Shown here piece by piece: positions 9,512 to 18,471 of a stretch of DNA of 51,377 bases. Positions within the stretch are counted from its first letter, which is position 1. Each line of letters opens with the position of its first letter. The DNA is from Promethearchaeota archaeon. GTDB lineage: Archaea; Asgardarchaeota; Lokiarchaeia; Sigyniarchaeales; SOKP01. Where the stretch lies: positions 1-51,377 of the forward strand of contig JAUVXW010000034.1 in the NCBI GenBank assembly GCA_030603385.1, read 5' to 3'. The notes under the pieces are model-generated. The model had not been told where the DNA came from. It worked only from the letters and a program-made list of their open reading frames with translations, and ran no database searches. A program made the translations under genes and the position numbers.

Positions 9512-10816
9512 CTGGTTAGTAAACGTGTAAAATGTACTGGATGCTCTCTTTTATGTGATGATATAATTGTCAGAGGCGATGGTTTGTATATCGATGAAGT
9601 TTTAGGAGCTTGCTTAAAAGGTAAAGAGAAATTTGATCAAATAACTAGTAAAAATCGTATATTATCCCCGCTTATACGCGATAAAGGTGAATTAAAAAAA
9701 GTTTCACTTGATACTGCATTGGAAAGATCTATTGAGATCATAAAAGAATCATCTAAACCACTATTATATGGTTTTTCTACTGTTAGTTGTCAAGCCCAAT
9801 TAAAAGGAATTGAATTAGCAAAATCTATAAATGGATTTATAGATTCCAATTCGGTAATTTGTCAAGGTAAAGTTCTTAATACTGCAAAAGAAATGGGATT
9901 AACATTAGCCACAATATCAGAGGTAATTAATAAAACAGATTTATTAATATTATGGGGTGCTAATGCCGCAGAATCAATACCTCGATTATTGAATAAAATC
10001 CTTTTTTCACGTGGTAAATTTAGAATGACAGGGCGTGAAATTAAAACACTTATAATTATAGATCCTGTTAAAACTGCATCATTCGGGGTTATGGGTGTTC
10101 GAGATCTTTCGCTAAATATAGAGCCAGGGAAAGATATTGATTTGATTCGTGTTCTAAAGGAAGAATGTTGTACACCAAGTGGTTTCCCTGCAGATGGTGT
10201 TGCTGGTATTGATCAAGATGATTTAAAGAGGTTATTGATTCAACTAACTAATGCTGAGAACGCTGTAATTTTTATTGGTCAAGGAATATTAAGTTCGCAG
10301 ACAAGTGTCAATGTAGTTCATGAGTTACTTGATTTAGTGCATATGATAAATGTAAAACAACAAAAAGGTCGCATGTCAATCATGATGTTAGGAGGTCATT
10401 ATAATATGGCAGGTTTTGACCAAGTTGCCTTATCATTATTTGGTAAAAACCATAGTTTACAATTTTTTGATAATAATCTGGTCGAAACATCAGAAACGAT
10501 AATATCTAAACTTAGTAAAGAGGATTTTGATTGCTCTATAATTGTTGGAACTGATCCAATTTCACACTTACCGTGGAAACTGAGTAAAGTATTAATGTCA
10601 AAACCATTAATTCTTATTGATAATAAGAAGTCAGCAACCTTCAACGTGGCAGATGTTATTTTACCCTCTGCACTCACAGGAATTGAATGTGAAGGATTAG
10701 CTTATCGTTTAGACCATGTGCCAATTGAATTGCAAAAAATAGTAAATCCACCAAATAACATAATTTCAGACGAGGAACTTCTATCTAAGTTAATTAGAAG
10801 ACTAAATCCCATTTAA
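9512..10816 (+). CDS. fwdB: Formylmethanofuran dehydrogenase subunit B-like (divergent); probable CTG start
   Basis: The frame extends upstream of 9584 to CTG 9512 (AAGGTG SD; in-frame TAA at 9488) and adds the CTGCSLLCDD Fe-S motif; FSRGKF, GHYN, EGLAYRLDHVP motifs. Confidence 0.8.
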   Translation: MVSKRVKCTGCSLLCDDIIVRGDGLYIDEVLGACLKGKEKFDQITSKNRILSPLIRDKGELKKVSLDTALERSIEIIKESSKPLLYGFSTVSCQAQLKGIELAKSINGFIDSNSVICQGKVLNTAKEMGLTLATISEVINKTDLLILWGANAAESIPRLLNKILFSRGKFRMTGREIKTLIIIDPVKTASFGVMGVRDLSLNIEPGKDIDLIRVLKEECCTPSGFPADGVAGIDQDDLKRLLIQLTNAENAVIFIGQGILSSQTSVNVVHELLDLVHMINVKQQKGRMSIMMLGGHYNMAGFDQVALSLFGKNHSLQFFDNNLVETSETIISKLSKEDFDCSIIVGTDPISHLPWKLSKVLMSKPLILIDNKKSATFNVADVILPSALTGIECEGLAYRLDHVPIELQKIVNPPNNIISDEELLSKLIRRLNPI

Positions 10817-10829
10817 TGAGGTTAGAAAT

Positions 10830-11201
10830 ATGGAAATGTTAATAAATACTGTAAGGATGATTGACTACGATCAAGTAAAAGAATACTCCTTTGGGGATAA
10901 AAATTCTTTAAAAGAAAATCTAGCAATTGGAATAATAAATCCTGAAGATTTCGAGAAACTTAACTTAACTACAAGTCTGAATTTAAAATTATCAAATGAG
11001 TATGGAAAAGTAATTATAAAAGTAAAACAAAACAAAGATGTTCCAATTGGTACAATCTTGATGCCTGTATCTATCTGGGCAAATCAAATCACAGGAATTT
11101 CTAATGAACAACTAATTTTCAAAAATATTAAGGTCAATGCGGAGACTACCAGAGATAAGGTTTTAGATATGGAAGAATTATTGAACATCATCAAAAAATA
11201 A
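10830..11201 (+). CDS. fwdD: Formylmethanofuran dehydrogenase subunit D-like
   Basis: INPEDFEKL...NEYGKV...MPVSIWANQI...FKNIKV; molybdopterin-dinucleotide-binding fold pattern and operon context. Confidence 0.8.
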   Translation: MEMLINTVRMIDYDQVKEYSFGDKNSLKENLAIGIINPEDFEKLNLTTSLNLKLSNEYGKVIIKVKQNKDVPIGTILMPVSIWANQITGISNEQLIFKNIKVNAETTRDKVLDMEELLNIIKK

Positions 11202-11217
11202 CTCTTATATAATTATT

Positions 11218-12900
11218 ATGGATAGGAATAAAATAATCATAAAAAATGGTATAGTTTATGACCCTCTTAACAAAATAGAGGGAGAAAAAAAAGACATCTT
11301 GGTAGAATCAGGCCAAATTGTAGATAAATTTACAAATAGTAAAGATATAAAGGAAATTGATGCTACAGGAAAAACAATTATACCCTCGGCTATTGATATT
11401 CATACTCATGTTGCTTCTCAACAAGTTAATTGGGCAAGACTTTTAGGATCCAATATTGATAAATTTAAAGAAGTTTGGAAAGGATTAAGATTAAAAAACA
11501 TAGCTAAGGACTATATTTCAATGGGTTATACTTTTATACTTGAAGCCAATGTATTTCCATCTTTAGCAAAACAGACGATTTTCAACTTTCAGCAAATACC
11601 CGTGTTAGATAAGGCGATGCTATTAAATATCAGTAATCTATGGCCTTTAGAACTCGAATTCCAAAGAGGAAAAATTAAAAATATGGCTGTATTTTTATCT
11701 GATCTCTTATCTAAAACCTATGGTTTCGGATTTAAAGTTTATAACCCCTTTGAATGCGAGACATGGGACTTTAAAGAATTAAGAGAAGATTTAACAAAAC
11801 AAGGTAGATTATATAATTTCTCCGCTTTAGATGTTTATGAAAGTGTTGTCAGATGTGTGGAATCACTCGGTATGCCCCATTCGGCTCATGTGCATATTGA
11901 AGGTTATGAAAATGAAGTTGGGAAAGAAAACCTATTTAAAGTTTTAGAGAAGATAAGGTCATTAAATTTAGAGCCCAATCAGAAAACCAATTCAAAAATA
12001 AAGCGTCATCAAATATTACATTTAGCTCATGCGAATGCATATTCATTTGATGGAAATAATGAAACTTTAATTAATTTTCTAAACAACAATCAAAATTATA
12101 GCGTTGATTTGGCTTTTATCGGCTTTAACAAGATAAATCCTATTATCACATCAGATAGAAGGCTGATTAATTCTATGTTAACTTTAGATGCAATCGATAA
12201 TCAGTATAAATTAATAAGTTCAGCCGTAGAATTTGAAGGCGATTCATTTGTTTCAATGAGAACTTTAGATAAGAATAAATATCAAGATTGTATCTTATGG
12301 GCAAACGCATTGGATTTAGCTCTCAATGTTAAAAATAAATATCAGGTGTGTTTTTCATTAAATTTTCCAAACTATGCAAAACTAATGGATATCCCTGAAA
12401 TTGCAACTTGGTTGATAAGTAAAGAAGCTCGAGATAATTATATGGAGGGAATGAACAAAGAATTTTTAAAAGATAGCATTCTAAAGAGCGATGATAAAGT
12501 TCTTAATTTCACTGAATTTCTTCAATTGACAAGAGTGAGTCCAGCAATGTGCTTGGGATTTGGAAGCATAAAGGGGAATATTGGACTAGGTGCTGATGCG
12601 GACATTAATGTATTAAACTTAAATATTAAAGAAACAGATCTTTTGAAAGATTTTGGAAAATTCAAGAAAAAACTCTCCAATATTGAATATGTTATAAAAT
12701 CTGGTGAAATTGTCAAAAAACAAGATAAATTCAATTTAAACCCGCAAGGTTCAATTTTTTGGGCTAATGGCAAAGCAGACACCGAAGGAAAGGATTTAAT
12801 TATGTCGAAAAAGGAAGAATTCTACCAAAAGTACTCATCTTTATTCTATGATTCCTATCAAGTTTCGGTTGATAAAAATCTATTAAGAAAGATAGATTAA
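11218..12900 (+). CDS. fwdA: Formylmethanofuran dehydrogenase subunit A-like amidohydrolase (divergent)
   Basis: IKNGIVYDPLN, DIHTH, KVYNP, PHSAHVH, KGNIGLGADAD. Confidence 0.85.
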   Translation: MDRNKIIIKNGIVYDPLNKIEGEKKDILVESGQIVDKFTNSKDIKEIDATGKTIIPSAIDIHTHVASQQVNWARLLGSNIDKFKEVWKGLRLKNIAKDYISMGYTFILEANVFPSLAKQTIFNFQQIPVLDKAMLLNISNLWPLELEFQRGKIKNMAVFLSDLLSKTYGFGFKVYNPFECETWDFKELREDLTKQGRLYNFSALDVYESVVRCVESLGMPHSAHVHIEGYENEVGKENLFKVLEKIRSLNLEPNQKTNSKIKRHQILHLAHANAYSFDGNNETLINFLNNNQNYSVDLAFIGFNKINPIITSDRRLINSMLTLDAIDNQYKLISSAVEFEGDSFVSMRTLDKNKYQDCILWANALDLALNVKNKYQVCFSLNFPNYAKLMDIPEIATWLISKEARDNYMEGMNKEFLKDSILKSDDKVLNFTEFLQLTRVSPAMCLGFGSIKGNIGLGADADINVLNLNIKETDLLKDFGKFKKKLSNIEYVIKSGEIVKKQDKFNLNPQGSIFWANGKADTEGKDLIMSKKEEFYQKYSSLFYDSYQVSVDKNLLRKID

Positions 12901-13102
12901 TCAATAGATTTGTTAATTCAATATTATTAATTTGAGAGTATTTAGGAATTAAAATGTGTGCTTTCAACTAGTCATAGCTTTATTCCTATGTAAAATATAT
13001 ATAAAAACAATGTTCAAGAGAGAGTTATCTTAAATTTCAATAATTTTAATACTTTATTTTATTTTTTTATATTAATTTAAAGTTTTAATAATAATTCAGA
13101 TA

Positions 13103-14299
13103 ATGTCTAAATTAGCTTTAGAAGGAATAATAGTTATTGATTTTTCTACTCTTATTGCAGCTCCAATTATTGGTTCTCTTATGGCTGATTTTGGTGCTGA
13201 AGTAATTAAAGTGGAATTACCTAAAATTGGTGATCCTCAACGAGGAGCTCAGCTTATTGGAAAAGGGAAGAGCCCAACTTGGTTAGTTGGAAGTCGAAAT
13301 AAAAAAACAATCACCTTGGATTTGCATAAAAAAGAGGGTCAAGATATTGCTAAAAAATTATGTGCTAAAGCGGATGTAGTTCTTCTAAATTTTCGACCTG
13401 AGGTTTTAGAAAAATGGAATCTTGGTTCTGAAGTTTTGCATCAAATTAATCCAGGATTAATAATTTGCTTAGTTTCCGGGTTCGGTCAGACAGGACCTTA
13501 TAAAAACAGAGGTGGATTTGATCGAACTGTCAGTGCTTTTGCGGGTTTAACGTATACGTCTGGTTATCCCGAATATCCACCAGTTCGTAGTGGATATCCG
13601 TTAGTGGATTATTTAACAGGGTATCTTGGTGCGTTTGCAGTAATGATGGCTTTATATAATAGAGACATGAATCATAATAGAGGGGAAGTGATTGATTTAA
13701 GTTTAGCAGAAGCTGCTTTTAAAGCAACTGGTGGTAGTTTACCAACTTATTCTTTAACGCGTTCTATTTATGAAAGATGCGGCAACCGAATTAAATTTTT
13801 TGTACCTGCTGAAAATTTTAAAACTAAAGATGAAAAAATCATTGCTCTTAATGCAGGTACTGAGAAACTGTGGAAGCAATTAGTAAAAGCAATGAATCGA
13901 GAAGATTTACTCACAGATAAGAAATTTCGTAAATATTTAGCACGTATACAAAATCAAGATGAGCTTTATAAACTTATTGGCGATTGGGTAAAAAGTAAAA
14001 CTACAGAAGAAGTTATGGAAATTCTTGAAAAGGAAGGAGTTCCATGTGAAAAGGTAAATAGTATCGCAGATTTGGCATCTGATCCTCATATGCTCGATAG
14101 AGAAGCAGTATTAGAATTTATTGATCCTGATTATGGTAAAGTATTAATTCCTGGTATTGTTCCGAAATTGAAAAATTTTCCAGGACGTGTAAAGTTTCTA
14201 GGTGCTAAGCTTGGGGAATATAATCAAGAGATATATCGAAAATTTCTTGGATTAACTACTGAAGAAATTAAAAAATTAGAAGAAAGAGAAGTAATTTAA
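13103..14299 (+). CDS. CoA-transferase family III (CaiB/BaiF)
   Basis: ADFGAEVIKVE, RNKKTITLDL, SGFGQTGPY...GFD. Confidence 0.93.
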   Translation: MSKLALEGIIVIDFSTLIAAPIIGSLMADFGAEVIKVELPKIGDPQRGAQLIGKGKSPTWLVGSRNKKTITLDLHKKEGQDIAKKLCAKADVVLLNFRPEVLEKWNLGSEVLHQINPGLIICLVSGFGQTGPYKNRGGFDRTVSAFAGLTYTSGYPEYPPVRSGYPLVDYLTGYLGAFAVMMALYNRDMNHNRGEVIDLSLAEAAFKATGGSLPTYSLTRSIYERCGNRIKFFVPAENFKTKDEKIIALNAGTEKLWKQLVKAMNREDLLTDKKFRKYLARIQNQDELYKLIGDWVKSKTTEEVMEILEKEGVPCEKVNSIADLASDPHMLDREAVLEFIDPDYGKVLIPGIVPKLKNFPGRVKFLGAKLGEYNQEIYRKFLGLTTEEIKKLEEREVI

Positions 14300-14312
14300 G
14301 CAAAAAAATTAA

Positions 14313-15437
14313 CTATGTAGCTTCAGGGATTAAAAAGACAAAATTGCTCCCGTGTGAATAATCACCCTTCACTCTATCTTCAATCCAGATTTCACCCTTA
14401 TAACTCTCTATGATTTTTTTCACGAGTGTTAGTCCAAATCCCATACCCTTTGAACCTTTTTCCTTACTGAATCCTTCTTGAAAGATTACTTCTTTCCTTT
14501 TATCTGAAATACCAATCCCATTATCAATGAATTCAAATTTTATATATCCTATATTTACTTTGGTTTGTCTTGAAATCTTAATGAGAACCTCTTTTTTGGG
14601 ATTTTCATTGTAATTAACAGCGTTGATTAATATATTGTCGAATACATCTATTAAAAACTCATTAGCTCTGGTGATAATTTTCTTTTCAGATGTTATAATT
14701 CTTATATTAATATCCTTTGATGACCTACTGTTTTGGATAAATTTTATTGCTTCTTCTAATACTTTAATTGCCTTAACAGATTTTAAAGATTTCTCTAAAT
14801 TTTCAAGATTCGATAATTTACGGACATTAGTAATTAATTTTGTACCTCTCTCAAATTGCCCTTTAATTAATTCATAAAGATCTTTAATTTCCCTTTCTTT
14901 CCCAGGTTCATTAAGATATTTTTCACTAATATCGATTGATAGTTTTATATTAGAAAGGATATTGTTGATATCGTGATAAAATAAATCCTTATAAAGTTCA
15001 GCTCGGTTGTAAGCTTCTCGATATTTTTCCTCTGATTTTTTTAGTTTCTGTACAGATTCCTTTTGTTCTGTAATATCTCGAGTAAATCCATAAAAACCAA
15101 CTTTTTTTCCACTCGTATCATATCTTAAATAAAATGTTCCTTCAAAAGTCCGTTCTTGCCCATCATTTCTGATTACCTTACTTTCAAAAGTCCCTTTTGG
15201 AAGATTGTTTTTATATACAAGATTGAAGATTTCATATACTTCTTTATAAGTTTTCTTGTTTAACATAGAAGTATAACTCTTTCCTATTAGTTGTTTTTTC
15301 GAAAATCCTAAATACCTGCAAATGTAATCATTAACATAAGTAAAATTTCCATGTAGGTCTACTTCAAAATATCCATCCTCGATATTTTCAATGATTTCTC
15401 TATATCGTTTATCTGGTTCATTATCAAACTTGCTCAT
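14313..15437 (-). CDS. PAS-domain sensor histidine kinase
   Basis: PAS N-terminus, HDINN H-box, NILINAVNY, DNGIGI, GMGFGL. Confidence 0.93.
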   Translation of the reverse strand: MSKFDNEPDKRYREIIENIEDGYFEVDLHGNFTYVNDYICRYLGFSKKQLIGKSYTSMLNKKTYKEVYEIFNLVYKNNLPKGTFESKVIRNDGQERTFEGTFYLRYDTSGKKVGFYGFTRDITEQKESVQKLKKSEEKYREAYNRAELYKDLFYHDINNILSNIKLSIDISEKYLNEPGKEREIKDLYELIKGQFERGTKLITNVRKLSNLENLEKSLKSVKAIKVLEEAIKFIQNSRSSKDINIRIITSEKKIITRANEFLIDVFDNILINAVNYNENPKKEVLIKISRQTKVNIGYIKFEFIDNGIGISDKRKEVIFQEGFSKEKGSKGMGFGLTLVKKIIESYKGEIWIEDRVKGDYSHGSNFVFLIPEAT

Positions 15438-15678
15438 AACGGAAACTCCTTTTTGAATGCCTTAAATGAAGATGTTAATATTAGAAGGCAATTTCTTTGA
15501 ATAAAATCCCGATAGTATTTGCACCCATAATTTTCTAATTAAAGCTCGAAATACACAATTATAAAGATATTTAATGAATATATTTATATCCGATATATCA
15601 TATTTTTGTTCTTATAGTTCGAACAAGATGGGAAAAGGAATAAGGGGAACTTTATGGGATAGATTAATATCTAAGAAA

Positions 15679-16848
15679 CTATAATTTCAATGGATATTTC
15701 CGATATTTCTCTATAGCTGCTCTGAATGCTAAGATGTTTTCCCATGGAACATTTAATATATTATGACTTGGGCCCGCAAAATAACCACCACCTGGAGCTG
15801 CTGCTTTAATGCATCTCTTTACTTCTTCTTCAACTTCTTTTGGAGTTCCAAAACTTAACACTCTTGTGGAATCCATTCCACCCATAAAACTTAATTTATC
15901 TCCTAATGTTTCCTTTAAATGCCCTAAATCAACACCCGCAGCAGGCTCTAATGCTTGAATACAATCTAATCCCGCATCAACCATATCTGGAAGAAGTTTA
16001 TCAATATATCCACAGGAATGCTGAATAATAAACATTCCATGTTTCTTACATTCTTGATATATTTTTTTGTAATAGGGTAGCATAAAGGTTCGGAAATTCT
16101 CAAGAGAAAACATAGAACGCCCTTTATAGCCCAAATCATCGTAATAAAAAACAACATCTATTCCTGCTTCTGCATAACGTTTTATATATTCTAAATTTGT
16201 TTTAGTATATTCCTCCATAACTTCATGGATAAATTGCGGGTTTTTTCGCATATGATATGTAACCCTACTTATTGTCATTCCTTCGAAAAGAGCTTCATTC
16301 ATTGCAATCATTAATCTCGCCATGGGATATAAATAAGGTGATAAGCTCGTAACAAACTCTTCCCAGATTTTTGGGGAATAATTAACCTCATCATTAATAC
16401 ATTCAGAGGGTTTCCCATATTCATCCCAATAAGAGTGTAAAATTTCAGGTGTTCTGAAATAGCCATCTATATACCATGCATAAGTTAAACCCGTTTTAAC
16501 TTGTTCCACTCGCTTAAATATTCTCCCTGATGTTGGGATTAAGTAACTTCCAGGATATTCAGGTGGACCCTCGGCAATCATTGTTTTCATTCGATGCCTC
16601 CAAGGGTCCATAGAATGGCAATCAACATTCCAGAATCGTAGTTCTGTTATATCCCCAGCCCATCTATAATCCTCTCTTGAAAAAGTATTTTCAATATAAA
16701 CCTTATTTGCGTTATAATCATCTGATTCTATAAAATGTTGATAAGAAGTACCAGTTCTTTCAAATCCAAGATAATGAATCGGTATCTTATCAGGTTCATC
16801 ATCATGTTCTAAAGTTCGAATAACGCGTTCTCGTTTTGATAATACCAT
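15679..16848 (-). CDS. UroD-family methylcobamide methyltransferase (MtaA/MtbA-like)
   Basis: YDDLG, HSCG, GGGYFAGPSH; divergent from a corrinoid protein gene. Confidence 0.85.
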   Translation of the reverse strand: MVLSKRERVIRTLEHDDEPDKIPIHYLGFERTGTSYQHFIESDDYNANKVYIENTFSREDYRWAGDITELRFWNVDCHSMDPWRHRMKTMIAEGPPEYPGSYLIPTSGRIFKRVEQVKTGLTYAWYIDGYFRTPEILHSYWDEYGKPSECINDEVNYSPKIWEEFVTSLSPYLYPMARLMIAMNEALFEGMTISRVTYHMRKNPQFIHEVMEEYTKTNLEYIKRYAEAGIDVVFYYDDLGYKGRSMFSLENFRTFMLPYYKKIYQECKKHGMFIIQHSCGYIDKLLPDMVDAGLDCIQALEPAAGVDLGHLKETLGDKLSFMGGMDSTRVLSFGTPKEVEEEVKRCIKAAAPGGGYFAGPSHNILNVPWENILAFRAAIEKYRKYPLKL

Positions 16849-16970
16849 AATAAAAAAATATTTTGATTATTTAAAAAAATATTTAATAGAAATTGATTTG
16901 TAATTAATATTGTTCATTGAAATGAAATTAGGGAGAATTAAATAAATATTATAAAAATTGGGTTTATATT

Positions 16971-17606
16971 ATGGATTTTGAAGAATTAACTGAACTAATA
17001 GTTGAATTGGAATTGGATGATATAGCCGATGCGGTAAAGAGTGCGCTTGAGGAAGATAAAAAGGATCCATTTGAAATTTTAACTGCTTTAACAAAAGGTA
17101 TGGATGAGGTAAGTCGCCGTTATGAGGAATTTGAATATTTTCTAGGAGAATTAGTATTAGCTGGTGATACTATGAAAGCAGGACTTGAAGTGTTAAAGCC
17201 TGCTCTAGCTGTATCAGATAACACAATTGAGAAAACAAAAGTCGTAATTGCAACTGTAAAAGGCGACCAACATGATCTAGGGAAGAATATATTAGGGACA
17301 ATGCTACTAAGTGCTAACTTTGAAGTTTACGATTTAGGGAGGGACGTAGATGCTAAAACGATAGTAGAAAAAGCTAAGGAGACTGGAGCATCCGTTGTGG
17401 CATTAAGCTCTTTATTATCCATGACAGTTGATCAAGTTGAAGTTGTTCATAAAGCGTTACAAGAAGCAGGATTAAGAGATAAAGTTAAATTGATTGTAGG
17501 TGGGGCTCCTTTCAATATGGAGCTAGCTAAAAAGTTTGGAGCTGATGATTATGCGGATGATGCTATATATGGTGTTGAACATATTAAAAAGCTAATTGAA
17601 AGTTAA
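16971..17606 (+). CDS. Corrinoid (B12-binding) protein, MtaC/MtbC-like
   Basis: GDQHDLGKN (DxHxxG), DLGRDV, IVGGAP. Confidence 0.93.
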   Translation: MDFEELTELIVELELDDIADAVKSALEEDKKDPFEILTALTKGMDEVSRRYEEFEYFLGELVLAGDTMKAGLEVLKPALAVSDNTIEKTKVVIATVKGDQHDLGKNILGTMLLSANFEVYDLGRDVDAKTIVEKAKETGASVVALSSLLSMTVDQVEVVHKALQEAGLRDKVKLIVGGAPFNMELAKKFGADDYADDAIYGVEHIKKLIES

Positions 17607-17675
17607 TGAATTCAGTAAGTTATCTCAAGAAGATTGTAACATAAAATCCAATCGCACATATTATACTGATTGAAA

Positions 17676-18212
17676 TCAACAAATTCCCTTTATATTTCTT
17701 ATTGTGTTCTTTTTGTTTTTTTTTTTCTGTTGTTTAGCTTCATAGAGTTGTTGTTCAAGTCTTTCTTGGGCTTCAGGATCATTTATTAAATATTGAATAT
17801 TTGGATTATACCGTGTTCTATACATTCCCTCGAAAGCATACCCTGCATCTTTGAATAAAGCTACTAAATAAACGAGTTCTGGAAGGGTAATAATGAATAT
17901 AATATAGTCAATAATACCAAAGCTGAAATCTTCATACGGAATTATAAATAACCCCGGTAAGGTGTAAAAAGAACTACAGATGATAGTTCCATATACAAAA
18001 TAAATATAAAACGGATTTTCCTTCTTAAATGTAAAGATGATTCCAACCACCATAATTAAAGTAAAAGCATAAGCAACAATGACTAAAATTAAATTCTCTT
18101 GCATTATTAATATAAGAAAACCCATTACAAAAGAATTGAATAAGCCAAAAAACATATCATAATGTTGGATGTTATCCCTTTTTTCTGAAGATTGATTTTG
18201 TTTAGTTTCCAT
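17676..18212 (-). CDS. Hypothetical membrane protein, probably frameshifted at an A11 tract
   Basis: Several TM segments; after the 11-nt homopolymer (17716-17726) another frame gives a further TM tail (QKEHNKKYKGNLLISISIICAIGFYVTIFLR). Confidence 0.65.
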   Translation of the reverse strand: METKQNQSSEKRDNIQHYDMFFGLFNSFVMGFLILIMQENLILVIVAYAFTLIMVVGIIFTFKKENPFYIYFVYGTIICSSFYTLPGLFIIPYEDFSFGIIDYIIFIITLPELVYLVALFKDAGYAFEGMYRTRYNPNIQYLINDPEAQERLEQQLYEAKQQKKKNKKNTIRNIKGIC

Positions 18213-18284
18213 TTCAATCTGCTCAATATGTGGATTCTTTGATGACTAATTAAAATTTTTATTTTATATGATTTCAGAATTGAT

Positions 18285-18442
18285 TTAATAGTTCAATCCT
18301 TTAAAATAATTTACAGTTATAAACATGTTCTTACCGCCCTTTCTAAGATAATTCATAGCATCCTCTATACCATCAATAGTAAAATCAAACATTAGGGTAA
18401 TGCTATAAATGATCTTTTGAGTTCATGGTGCTTATTCTGGTT
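18285..18442 (-). pseudogene. Diverged duplicate of the 3' end of the vWA gene (22056-22214)
   Basis: Long near-identical stretch, e.g. TTTCTAAGATAATTCATAGCATCCTCTATACCATCAATAGT, present in both copies. Confidence 0.85.
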
Positions 18443-18471
18443 TGGTAATTAAATAAAAAAAAAAAAAAGAA

